A DNA stretch of 64,000 bases from Candidatus Latescibacterota bacterium (GCA_965242865.1 CBDETK010000013.1:1088001-1152000), one strand, 5' to 3'. Shown: positions 36,921 through 45,551, counted from the stretch's first letter. The notes: generated from the letters alone by a model not told the origin. Numbers and translations are program-made.

Positions 36921-38307
36921 GGCTAGTGTTATTTTTCACGAGTAAGCTCCTGTCGCCTGTTCCCATGTATCGTACCATCAATGGATGTGGCCCTCCCTCG
37001 TCCGCGGCGTTTTCATAGCATCCATGCACTAGGCGAAATCGTTGAGTCGCAAATTCGGCATTGGCGTCAAAGCGATAGGCATGAATGCGGGCCATGAAAT
37101 CGTTAAACGCCATACACGCCGCCTGCATGTTGACAGACATAACCGCCGGTTGTTCCTCGCCGACAGCGGCTAAATAGCCGGCCACGCGCTGTTGTTGGTA
37201 GTACGCCGGGTCCTTTCGCTGCCAATTTTCGGCCGTCACCTGTTCCATAGTGTACGCGCCGCGCGATAGCAGGCTTTCACCTTCTGGGTGAATGTAATGC
37301 GATACGGCATCGGCGGCGGTGATACCACCTTTCCCGTCGGCCTCAAGGTGGACTCCTACGTCAAAATAGGGAATCAGATAAGCACTTGCTAGGCAATCGA
37401 GATGATACCGGCCAAAGGCGGAATCCACGCAGCCGAAGATCACATCGCAATCGACTAAAGCGGCGACGACATCCGGTGAATCCGTCAATCCTTGGTGAGC
37501 ATCTACTTTGGTTCCCAGGCCGATCTTCTGAATAGCTCGTTCAATCGCCAGCACCTTTGGCTGCTGTGTGCGGGCGTCATCTATAGTACTGTTGATGAGG
37601 CGGTTCAGGTTTTTCTCTTCTACTATATCATCGTCCACAATGACCAACTCGCTCACGCAATTACGCATGAGTAGTTCAATGATTACGCTTCCTGTGCCAG
37701 AACAGCCCACAACCCCCACTCGCATAGTGTGCAATAAATCCAACGTGCCCTTGCCGAAGGTTTGCGCTAGCTTTTCTTGGTACGCCGTTTGGCTTCGGGA
37801 TTTGTGGGCCTTCCAGATGTGGATATTATCGCCGACTGCGGAGACCGTTGGCATATCGGCGAACGTTCCATGTGCGTCCACCGTGCGGGCCGCGATCTGG
37901 CCATTCGACAACATAATGGCGGAGCCATTTGGCCGCCCGTCGTCAAACCAATTGCATACAGAAGAAAACAATTCCCGGTCGTTGCGGTCGTCAATTTTTG
38001 AAAACCGGCCACATCCTTTGGGATGGGAATGAATAGTGACTACAGACTGTCCATTCCGATCTATATCGCAGATTTTTTCTGGCGGCAGGCAGTCGCCAAA
38101 AGGCCAAGCGACAAAATCCTCTTTTCTGACCGACAGATGATGTGGCGGATACAAAACATCCGCAACGATGAGGCGGCGATGTCTCTTCCCTGTCCCTTGG
38201 TTGCACAACAAAATGGCGGCGGCCTCCAGCCCGTCTCCGGGGAAAAGGTGGTTTTTAACCGCCTCATATTGACTCGCGGTCATGGTCAGGATAGCGGTTG
38301 TCATCAC
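36913..38307 (-). CDS. JAB peptidase-ThiF/E1 fusion (Bub-type)
   Basis: N-terminal JAB E...HSHP...FSKID; ThiF VGCSGTG, DDDIVEEKNLNR, FGCVD, YFDVG. Confidence 0.85.
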   Translation of the reverse strand: MMTTAILTMTASQYEAVKNHLFPGDGLEAAAILLCNQGTGKRHRRLIVADVLYPPHHLSVRKEDFVAWPFGDCLPPEKICDIDRNGQSVVTIHSHPKGCGRFSKIDDRNDRELFSSVCNWFDDGRPNGSAIMLSNGQIAARTVDAHGTFADMPTVSAVGDNIHIWKAHKSRSQTAYQEKLAQTFGKGTLDLLHTMRVGVVGCSGTGSVIIELLMRNCVSELVIVDDDIVEEKNLNRLINSTIDDARTQQPKVLAIERAIQKIGLGTKVDAHQGLTDSPDVVAALVDCDVIFGCVDSAFGRYHLDCLASAYLIPYFDVGVHLEADGKGGITAADAVSHYIHPEGESLLSRGAYTMEQVTAENWQRKDPAYYQQQRVAGYLAAVGEEQPAVMSVNMQAACMAFNDFMARIHAYRFDANAEFATQRFRLVHGCYENAADEGGPHPLMVRYMGTGDRSLLVKNNTSHV

Positions 38308-38690
38308 CCGACTTCGGCTTTTAGCTGATTTTCTACATACTCAATATGACTGACGATGGAATCGACCCCCGGCTGCCATGAGTAATGACGCGACCAACGC
38401 TGCCAAGTCTGACCAAAATGAATCTCAGAGGCCAGAGCACCTATTGCTGAACTATCTGATTTATCAAGCGGAGGATAAAAGTAAAACATGTCCAACATCG
38501 ATCCGGGATAGCCGCTTGGAATGAGCACCATTAGCGTGGATTTTTCTACCGCATAGCCTTTGGGAATGGGAAAGTCGTCAATGAGTAGGCCATACTTACC
38601 ATTACCCTCGGCGACCTTCTTCCATTTGGACGGATAACTCGCATCCAGATATTCGTTATCCTCCGGCGGCAACTCGTAGGGATTAACCAT
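38304..38690 (-). CDS. Prokaryotic E2/UBC-fold protein (Prok-E2_E-like), cysteine-free
   Basis: IPKGY, IPSGYP..MLDMFYF.P, WQRWSRH; start MVNPY overlaps the Ubl stop. Confidence 0.8.
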   Translation of the reverse strand: MVNPYELPPEDNEYLDASYPSKWKKVAEGNGKYGLLIDDFPIPKGYAVEKSTLMVLIPSGYPGSMLDMFYFYPPLDKSDSSAIGALASEIHFGQTWQRWSRHYSWQPGVDSIVSHIEYVENQLKAEVG

Positions 38691-39408
38691 GGCCTTGCTG
38701 TGCCTGTCGCCGAACGGTCTCAAAGCGTTCAATGCCGGGACGGGATAAATCGACCGCATCGTTGGCCTTGATTCTTTCTCTTTTACCGCCGTGCAGCTTC
38801 TGGTTGAGCGACCATTCGTCATCGCGCTTGTCGGCCAGTACCAAAATACCGGCCCCGGTGATTTCTGCAGAATCCACGGTGTACTTGTCGCCGTCTATGC
38901 GGATGCGGTATTGGTGCCCTTTGGGTGGGCGGCGGTCGTTCTTGCCGCACTCCTCAAGGTCAATGGCGTCGTCCGAGGTGGGCGGGATGACGAAAAACGA
39001 GTCCGCATCTTGGACGACAATCGTCATGTCATCCGCAATTTCCACATCCACACCGCCTTCAATGTCGGCAAATAGACGCCCCTGCGGGAACTTGTCGTCC
39101 CGCTCTTTGAGGGCTTTGCCGGTAGTTTTTGCTTGTGGAAGGGCGAGGTTGCGCGATCCATTGAATTCTGGCCGCACTTCATTGCGCAACGGCGGGTTAT
39201 CCCCGATCGAGCTTTTCCCCACTACAAACCGTTCTCCACCGCGAATAATGAGATGCTCCCCTGCCAAGAGAGGAATATCTATGCCATCTTCGCGGCTCAG
39301 AAAAATTCGTCCCTCGCCGCAATCGGCGATTTCATAGAGCGCGTCAATGGAAACAAGCCCCGCACGGATTGGGGTTTCCTGCCCGTCAATTTGGATTGTT
39401 GGTTTCAC
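38683..39408 (-). CDS. Multi-ubiquitin-domain protein (probably 3 beta-grasp domains)
   Basis: Repeated IQIDG/PEFNG/IRIDG domain starts, TG...L motifs, GIERF; C-terminus QAQQG-HG. Confidence 0.8.
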   Translation of the reverse strand: MKPTIQIDGQETPIRAGLVSIDALYEIADCGEGRIFLSREDGIDIPLLAGEHLIIRGGERFVVGKSSIGDNPPLRNEVRPEFNGSRNLALPQAKTTGKALKERDDKFPQGRLFADIEGGVDVEIADDMTIVVQDADSFFVIPPTSDDAIDLEECGKNDRRPPKGHQYRIRIDGDKYTVDSAEITGAGILVLADKRDDEWSLNQKLHGGKRERIKANDAVDLSRPGIERFETVRRQAQQGHG

Positions 39409-39438
39409 GTTGATTTCCTCCGGTGTTGTGTTTAATGG

Positions 39439-39463
39439 GTCTCTTGTCTAGTGTACAAGAGAC
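39439..39463. promoter_or_regulatory. Inverted repeat in the divergent Ubl/higA intergenic region
   Basis: GTCTCTTGT-N7-ACAAGAGAC. Confidence 0.5.
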
Positions 39464-39561
39464 GCCCGCAAGCGCAAGAGGCCATTTGCGATCCAAGTGG
39501 AACGGCAGCGGCGCGAGGAGAGACGCTCGCAGACCCAACTCGCTATAGCAAGGAGTACCCC

Positions 39562-39951
39562 ATGGCTGAAGTACTCGATTTTACCAAACCTCATTTGCTG
39601 AGAAACGAAGAAGAATACGATATCGCTGTCGCCGAGATCGATGCCCTTCTCGACGCCGAGCCGCAGCCTGGGTCGGAAGAATATGAGCGGCTGGAGTTTT
39701 TATCGGTTCTAGTGGAGGCTTACGAAGACGCGCATCTTCCGGCCTACGCAGAGGCCACGCCCCAAGAAGTGGTCGATTTTATGCTGGAGCAGAAGGGTTT
39801 TTCTCGGGACGATCTGGCGCAGTGGCTGGGCAGTAGAATCCGAACAGCGGAATTTTTCAATGGCATCCGTCCGCTCTCTATCCGGCAGATTAGCACATTG
39901 AGAGCACATCTAGGCATTCCAGCGGACTTACTGGTGGACCTTTCCTCATAG
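39562..39951 (+). CDS. higA: HigA-like antitoxin/HTH regulator with no adjacent toxin
   Basis: EEEYDIAVAEIDAL...LSVLVEAYE...FMLEQKG...RPLSIRQISTL...GIPADLL; AAGGAG RBS. Confidence 0.8.
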   Translation: MAEVLDFTKPHLLRNEEEYDIAVAEIDALLDAEPQPGSEEYERLEFLSVLVEAYEDAHLPAYAEATPQEVVDFMLEQKGFSRDDLAQWLGSRIRTAEFFNGIRPLSIRQISTLRAHLGIPADLLVDLSS

Positions 39952-40035
39952 TTATTCCACGGCATCGGAGCACACAAGCGTCCCTCAACAATCTAAAGCA
40001 CCTCTGACCAGTCTCATTGAAACAAGCGGAGCTAG

Positions 40036-40269
40036 ATGATGACCGAAACGAATCCAACTCAAGAACGGCCTTACCCCTTAGACCACGAGGGACGTATTGC
40101 TCGCCTAGAGGGAGTGGTCGAACAAATCGGCGTCCGGTTAGGGCGGCTGGAAACGAAGATTGACGCGGTGGAGGCCAAAATCGACGGGCTGTACCGTTGG
40201 GTAGTGCCGTTGCAGATTACGACGATCTTGGCTATCGCAGGGCTTGCGTTTAAGGCATTCGGCGGCTAG
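40036..40269 (+). CDS. Small coiled-coil protein with C-terminal TM helix
   Basis: RIARLEGVVEQ...KIDGLYRWVV then a hydrophobic tail; resembles 16098..16574. Confidence 0.65.
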   Translation: MMTETNPTQERPYPLDHEGRIARLEGVVEQIGVRLGRLETKIDAVEAKIDGLYRWVVPLQITTILAIAGLAFKAFGG

Positions 40270-40287
40270 TACGTTCTTTCAAGCGGG

Positions 40288-40410
40288 GAGCAGAGCATCG
40301 AGTACGGCGCGGGCCTGTGTGCCGTAGCGGGTGAATAGGTCCCGCTTCTTCACGTTCTCAGCCCGCTCGCGCCGAGTGAGCGGGGCTGGCCATAGACCAC
40401 GTAGCAGATC
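40288..40410 (-). pseudogene. Diverged fragment of the hsdR 3' region (direct repeat of 52083..52206)
   Basis: 123 bp aligns with hsdR with 9 substitutions and a 1-nt deletion; reads ICYVVYGQP/LTRRERAENVKKRDLFTRYGTQARAVLDALL. Confidence 0.85.
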
Positions 40411-40414
40411 CCAA

Positions 40415-40448
40415 ATATTGTAGAAATTGTCAAAGTATCCTACAATAT
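40415..40448 (+). promoter_or_regulatory. Sigma70-like promoter overlapped by a 9-bp inverted repeat
   Basis: TTGTAG(40418)-N17-TACAAT(40441) within ATATTGTAG-N16-CTACAATAT. Confidence 0.45.
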
Positions 40449-40542
40449 ATGGTATTCATCCTCTATAAACTTCGCGGAAGAATCGAGCCATAGAGGGCCG
40501 GAGAGCGCATTAACGACCATGGAGCAAGATTGTGAAGACAAC

Positions 40543-40584
40543 TTTCCGGTTTCCCTTCTGCAATGCGATTATTAGAGAGTAGAA
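40543..40584 (+). promoter_or_regulatory. Bipartite motif TTTCCG-N17-CGATTA, copy 1
   Basis: TTTCCG 40543-48, CGATTA 40566-71, then TTAGAGAGTAGAA; about 62 nt before the sigma-like gene. Confidence 0.65.
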
Positions 40585-40632
40585 GGGGCCTTATGTGCTC
40601 GGAATCCGCCGTTATTTAAGGAAAGGAAGGTA

Positions 40633-41376
40633 ATGGCTTGCCCATTGACTAAACGAAAAGCGACTGGGGACCTATATATCCGTCCTCTTCAAGTAGAGAG
40701 ACAGATTGATGAGGTCCTTTCCCAAGACCCATCGACGCTCCGACGACGCCTCATTGTTGCAGACCCCCAAGCGTCCGACTATCTAAGTTCGGAGTGCCTT
40801 GTCCATCTCGCTCGCTACTACCATAGGCACGGCGACGACTCTAAGACTAATGCGGTACTCTCCGTCTTACTAGGTCGCTGTGAAAAAACCCTATCGGCCA
40901 AAATCCCAGACAATGAACTCCCGACTGCGAGGGAGGTACGAGAGGAAGTGATTGGACAGTTCGGCGAGTTATTTGCTACCGATGGTACGCAAGAGAACCG
41001 CGACGACCTTGACTATTTTGAGTGTCGCTTCAATGGGGCGTTTCGCACTTTTTACATCGATATCGTAAGAAGTGAAACAGCCCCTCTAAAGCGATTAGCC
41101 CCCCTGCCAGACCAAGCCGACGACACCCACAAGGAATTGCAGAGTCCAGAAACAGCAGATAGTGCTTTATTCTGCAAAGAACTCCACGAAGCGATTGATG
41201 CTTTGCCGGATGACATGCGCAAGGCTGTCATCCTTTGCCATATCGAGGGATACAAAATCGAATCTCAGAACCCCAACGAGGCGACAGCAGCGACGATCTG
41301 CAAAGTATCAGGCCGAACCATTCGTAACCGTCTTTTGAGGGCAGCAGGGAAACTTTCTAAATTTAAGGATCAATAA
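40633..41376 (+). CDS. Divergent sigma-70/ECF-like factor (region 4 HTH at C-terminus)
   Basis: LHEAIDALPDDMRKAVILCHIEG...AATICKVSGRTIRNRLLRA region-4 pattern; weak region-2-like F..F..D..R; AAAGGAAGG RBS. Confidence 0.7.
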   Translation: MACPLTKRKATGDLYIRPLQVERQIDEVLSQDPSTLRRRLIVADPQASDYLSSECLVHLARYYHRHGDDSKTNAVLSVLLGRCEKTLSAKIPDNELPTAREVREEVIGQFGELFATDGTQENRDDLDYFECRFNGAFRTFYIDIVRSETAPLKRLAPLPDQADDTHKELQSPETADSALFCKELHEAIDALPDDMRKAVILCHIEGYKIESQNPNEATAATICKVSGRTIRNRLLRAAGKLSKFKDQ

Positions 41377-41387
41377 TTCGGATATTT

Positions 41388-41412
41388 TAAGTCTTTGTTT
41401 ATCAATGACTTA
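41388..41412. promoter_or_regulatory. TAAGTC-N13-GACTTA palindrome containing an IHF consensus
   Basis: TAAGTCTTTGTTTATCAATGACTTA; TATCAATGACTTA fits WATCAANNNNTTR. Confidence 0.5.
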
Positions 41413-41436
41413 ACGTTAAAATACTAAGGAGGAGAC

Positions 41437-42108
41437 ATGTCCGTGACCCCAACCCTCAATGAGTTACCACTACGCGAGGTGTTGTATGAGTTTTCGCTAG
41501 CGAAGACCGTACCTGATGCAGACCTGCTCGACGATTTCGTTCAGCGGTTTCCGCAGTATGCTGACCGCCTCACGGAATTCGCCATCGAACTCGCTATAGA
41601 TGCTCTCCGGCCCGAGCCCGAGATCGACGCGAAGGCGACGGTTGATCTGAACCGTGTGAGTCCCGTTGTCTCGCGGGCAATGAGCCGATACCTGAATCGG
41701 CTACACGCCGTGCGCCAAACAACCGAGCCGACTGTCGACCGCGCTTCGACACCAGAAGTTGCAGATGCTCCAAATCCCTTCGCTAAACTAAACCGATCAG
41801 CGTTTCGGGAGTTAGCAGAGCGGCTCGGCGCGAACACTGTGTTCGTTGCCAAGCTGCGAGACCGCCAAGTCAAGCCGGATACCATCCCAAGCAGTTTTTT
41901 GCGGTACCTTGCAGATGCGCTTGGGACTTCACTTGACTTATTAACTGCCCACTTTGCTGTACCAAGCGCGGAACTTGGGAGCCGACAGTTTTACAAGGCC
42001 GATGACAAGCCTGATGGCAGTCAACGCCAGAGCTTCGTCGAGGCTGTTAAGAGTTCGGCTCTCAACGAGAACCAGCAGCACCAACTTCTTTCTAAGTTTC
42101 TAAACTGA
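41437..42108 (+). CDS. Hypothetical regulator: helical N-domain plus XRE-like HTH (candidate anti-sigma or repressor)
   Basis: DDFVQRFPQYADRL N-terminal helices; ELAERLGANTVFVAKLRD...FLRYLADALG HTH-like; TGATG overlap with the next gene. Confidence 0.55.
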   Translation: MSVTPTLNELPLREVLYEFSLAKTVPDADLLDDFVQRFPQYADRLTEFAIELAIDALRPEPEIDAKATVDLNRVSPVVSRAMSRYLNRLHAVRQTTEPTVDRASTPEVADAPNPFAKLNRSAFRELAERLGANTVFVAKLRDRQVKPDTIPSSFLRYLADALGTSLDLLTAHFAVPSAELGSRQFYKADDKPDGSQRQSFVEAVKSSALNENQQHQLLSKFLN

Positions 42109-45100
42109 TGGACGCATTCGAGCCGATCCGTAAGTCCGCGGCGTGTCTGCACAAGGCTATCGCGGCGCGGACGGACCCTCTAGATACTACGGCACTTATT
42201 ACGGTCGCTGTGGCTCATCTAGATCTTGAACTCGTCTGTCTTGAGCCGGGTGATCCTGCTCTAAAAAATGCCCAGGCGGTGTTCGACGAACAGAGCGGTA
42301 CGATCTGCTGTGAAAAGATAGGGGATGGCACTGACCTTGCCTTGCTTGTGGCTCACGAACTTGGACATGCAGTTGTCCATGCTGGTTCGGCAGTTTGCAA
42401 GACGGATGACATTGATCCAGCTCGTTCGACTGAGACGGTCCCCGTTGGCTTGCAACGTGTCGAGGATTATGGGGCGCGGGAAAGGCGCGAATTACAGGCC
42501 AATGTTTTCGCTCGGGAGCTTCTCTTGCCCCAGAGTCTTGCACGTCGGCTCCATATTGAGGAGACCATGACCGCCTCGGCTATCGCCTCGCGCATGGGCT
42601 TGCCAAAGGCACTCGTCCGACAGCAGATATTTGACGCTCTTCTACTTCCGACGGAAGAGGAAGTAACTCCGGCGGAGACTTCGACCGATACACCGCGTTC
42701 GGATCCCTCGCAGGACCGGGCAGCCGCACATCGTGGTGCCCCGTTCCTGCTTCAGGCCGGGCCGGGAACCGGAAAAACACGGACGCTGGTAAAGCGCGTA
42801 AAATCGCTTCTAGCGGAGGACATTGATCCTTCCTCCCTACTCATCCTGACCTTCTCAAATCGGGCCGCTGGCGAGTTGTTGGAACGGCTTATGGCCATAG
42901 TCCCCGAGGCCGCTGAGCGTATTTGGATCGGAACGTTCCATGCTTTCGGACTTGATCTGATACGACGTCACTATGACCGTCTTGGCCTGTCCCCTAATCC
43001 AGTCCTGTTTGACCGCAGTGATGCGATTGATATGCTGGAGGAGCTCCTCCCAACGCTGCCTCTCGTCCACTACCGCAACTTATGGGATCCGACGATAGTG
43101 CTGCGAGAAGTGCTCCCTGCCATCTCTCGTGCTAAAGATGAGCTCGTAGATCGAAGCCGCTACCGAGAGCTCGCCGAAGCTATGCGAGCGGACGCAGACG
43201 ACAATGACGCTCGCGTGGCAGCCGAGAAGTGCTTGGAGATCGCCGACATTTATGATCTCTACGAAAGTGCCATGAGCGAACGGGATGCTGTTGATTTTGG
43301 CGATCTCATCATGCGGCCGGTATTGCTCTTAGAATCCGATCCAGCACTCAAGCACACTGTTCAGTTGCGGCACCGACACCTTCTAGTTGATGAATATCAG
43401 GACGTAAATCGGGCGAGCGCATGTTTGCTAAAAGCGATTGCTGGTGATGGCAAGCGTCTATGGGTGGTCGGCGACTCGCGTCAATCCATCTACCGCTTTC
43501 GCGGAGCGTCCCCTATCAACATGGCTCGCTTTGGCGACGACTACCCGGGGGCAGTAGTTGACCAACTCTCCGTCAATTACAGATCGACAGACCAGATCGT
43601 CGCCAGTTTCGTCAAGGTAGCTCCCCGGATGGGTGCATCCAAAGGCATGTTGCCACTTGCTCTTGACGCTGACCGAGGTTTGGGACCCGGAAAACCAGAA
43701 ATTCGGTGCTATGACACTCCCGACGACGAAGCTGGAGGTATCGCCGGAAGCATCCAAGAACTCAAAAGGGCGGGGGTTTCTCTCCGCGATCAGGCTGTGC
43801 TTTGTCGCTCGAACCGCCATCTGAATGAAATCGCCACAGCACTTGAAGCACACGGCATTCCTGCACTGCATCTCGGCAGTTTATTTGAGCGTGAGGAAAT
43901 ACGCGATTTGCTAGCACTTCTCAGCCTCGCAGTTGATCGGTTGGGTAATGGTCTCGTGCGGGTGGGAGTAATGCCGCGCTATGATCTCTCGTTGCAAGGC
44001 ATATATACCGCCTTGCACCACCTGCGGGATAGCAAGCAATCGGCCCTTTCGGGTATAGGGACGCTTGCTAAGGCTCAAGGTCTCTCGCCTGACGATTCAT
44101 CGGCATTTGCCCGCCTTGCACAGGATCTATCGGGACTCTCCCCAAGCATTTCCGCATGGGAATTTCTCTCAACGTATTTGCTTGACCACACTAATCTCGT
44201 GTGCGAGATGGCTCAAGCCACTACAGTCACCGACCGCATTCGGAACGTTGCTATTTGGCAATTTCTTAACTTCGCCCGCGAACGGCTCAAGACAGACAAG
44301 GGGTTGCTGATTCAGCGGATGCTGGATCGTATTCGGCAACTCGTACTGCTCGCCGAAGAACGGGATTTGCGCCAAATGCCTGCCGCTGCCCTCCATCTAG
44401 ACGCAGTGCGGCTGATGACCGTTCATGGTAGTAAGGGGCTAGAATTTGAAGCAGTCCATGTCCCTAGACTGACGACTGGAAATTTCCCTTCGTCGTACCG
44501 TGGCGTAAGATGCCCACCACCTATCGGTATGACTGAAGGCGCAGAGAGCTCTTCGGTCTCAAAAGAGGCCAAACAGAAACACAATCACGAGGAAGAGTGC
44601 TTGTTTTTTGTTGCCCTCTCGCGAGCACGAACCCATTTACGCCTTTACTTGGCGCATCGGAACTCTAACGGCAGGAACTGCTCGCCATCGCCTTTCTTGA
44701 ATTGGCTGCCAACGGGGACAATCGACAAAGTTGCCCATCCGGTGATCCTGCCACCGCCAGCCAACATGCACAGCCCAGGGTCTATCCAAGTGAGGCGACC
44801 CACCGAATGGCACGTCACGGACAGTACGCTTATCTCCTACGAGAAATGTCCCCGTCGCTTCTTCTATACCCATGTGTTGGGGCTCGGTGGTGCCCGTAAA
44901 GCGACCGCCTATTCGCAGACTCAGGACTGTCTCTACAAACTCATTCGGTGGGTGGGCGAGCGTCGGCTAACAGCCGAACCTACACTTAGCGAGACTGAAG
45001 ACGCTTTCGATACGATCTGGCATGCACACGGGCCAATCTCCCACAAGTTCGCTGACGAATACCGCCGCCTCGCCTTGCGGTTAATAGGTGTCTTAGTTAA

Positions 45101-45536
45101 TGCCAACACTGGACAGCATTTCCGTGAAGTCAAACCGTTGGTGATTGATTTCTTAAATGGTCGCGTGTCCATAGAGCCAGATGCGATCATCAACTTACCG
45201 GACGGAAAAGTCGCTTTGTGCAAAATCCGCACCGGCGATAAGCGCAACAACGAATATAATCGCCTTGACTACGCACTCTATCAGTTGGCCAGTCAGCAAC
45301 ACTTCGGTAACCATTCAGTGACTCAGGTTCTGTACCTTACAAACACAAACGGGATGTTCAAAGATGTGCAGATCTCGCCGAAAACGCTCAACAATCGGCG
45401 GTGTACGATTGATGGGATGCTCGGTGAGATTGCTAAGGGGAAGTTCCCACCCAAGATCAATGAAATGACATGCCCGCGATGTCCGCACTTTTTCATCTGT
45501 GATGCTATGCCTCGTGGATCTCTGACGCTCCCATAA
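42108..45536 (+). CDS. IrrE/ImmA metallopeptidase + UvrD (SF1A) helicase + C-terminal PD-(D/E)XK-fold Fe-S domain fusion
   Basis: AHELGH and ELQANVFA (IrrE); AGPGTGKT, TFSNRAA, TFH, VDEYQD, GDSRQSIYRFRGA, NYRS, TVHGSKGLEF, VALSRA (UvrD); YEKCPRRF...CPRCPHFFIC. Confidence 0.9.
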   Translation: MDAFEPIRKSAACLHKAIAARTDPLDTTALITVAVAHLDLELVCLEPGDPALKNAQAVFDEQSGTICCEKIGDGTDLALLVAHELGHAVVHAGSAVCKTDDIDPARSTETVPVGLQRVEDYGARERRELQANVFARELLLPQSLARRLHIEETMTASAIASRMGLPKALVRQQIFDALLLPTEEEVTPAETSTDTPRSDPSQDRAAAHRGAPFLLQAGPGTGKTRTLVKRVKSLLAEDIDPSSLLILTFSNRAAGELLERLMAIVPEAAERIWIGTFHAFGLDLIRRHYDRLGLSPNPVLFDRSDAIDMLEELLPTLPLVHYRNLWDPTIVLREVLPAISRAKDELVDRSRYRELAEAMRADADDNDARVAAEKCLEIADIYDLYESAMSERDAVDFGDLIMRPVLLLESDPALKHTVQLRHRHLLVDEYQDVNRASACLLKAIAGDGKRLWVVGDSRQSIYRFRGASPINMARFGDDYPGAVVDQLSVNYRSTDQIVASFVKVAPRMGASKGMLPLALDADRGLGPGKPEIRCYDTPDDEAGGIAGSIQELKRAGVSLRDQAVLCRSNRHLNEIATALEAHGIPALHLGSLFEREEIRDLLALLSLAVDRLGNGLVRVGVMPRYDLSLQGIYTALHHLRDSKQSALSGIGTLAKAQGLSPDDSSAFARLAQDLSGLSPSISAWEFLSTYLLDHTNLVCEMAQATTVTDRIRNVAIWQFLNFARERLKTDKGLLIQRMLDRIRQLVLLAEERDLRQMPAAALHLDAVRLMTVHGSKGLEFEAVHVPRLTTGNFPSSYRGVRCPPPIGMTEGAESSSVSKEAKQKHNHEEECLFFVALSRARTHLRLYLAHRNSNGRNCSPSPFLNWLPTGTIDKVAHPVILPPPANMHSPGSIQVRRPTEWHVTDSTLISYEKCPRRFFYTHVLGLGGARKATAYSQTQDCLYKLIRWVGERRLTAEPTLSETEDAFDTIWHAHGPISHKFADEYRRLALRLIGVLVNANTGQHFREVKPLVIDFLNGRVSIEPDAIINLPDGKVALCKIRTGDKRNNEYNRLDYALYQLASQQHFGNHSVTQVLYLTNTNGMFKDVQISPKTLNNRRCTIDGMLGEIAKGKFPPKINEMTCPRCPHFFICDAMPRGSLTLP

Positions 45537-45551
45537 ATTTTTTGCGACGGC

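Noticed and set aside
36913-38307. ThiF/MoeB for thiamine or molybdopterin synthesis
   Set aside because: Fused to JAB and linked to E2 and multi-Ubl genes; no thi or moa genes adjacent.
39409-39561. TTTCCG-N17-CGATTA motif upstream of the Bub-like operon
   Set aside because: Its reverse complement (TAATCG-N17-CGGAAA) is not present here, so there is no evidence the sigma factor controls this operon.
42108-45536. Housekeeping uvrD/pcrA or addA
   Set aside because: N-terminal IrrE domain, island context and no addB partner.
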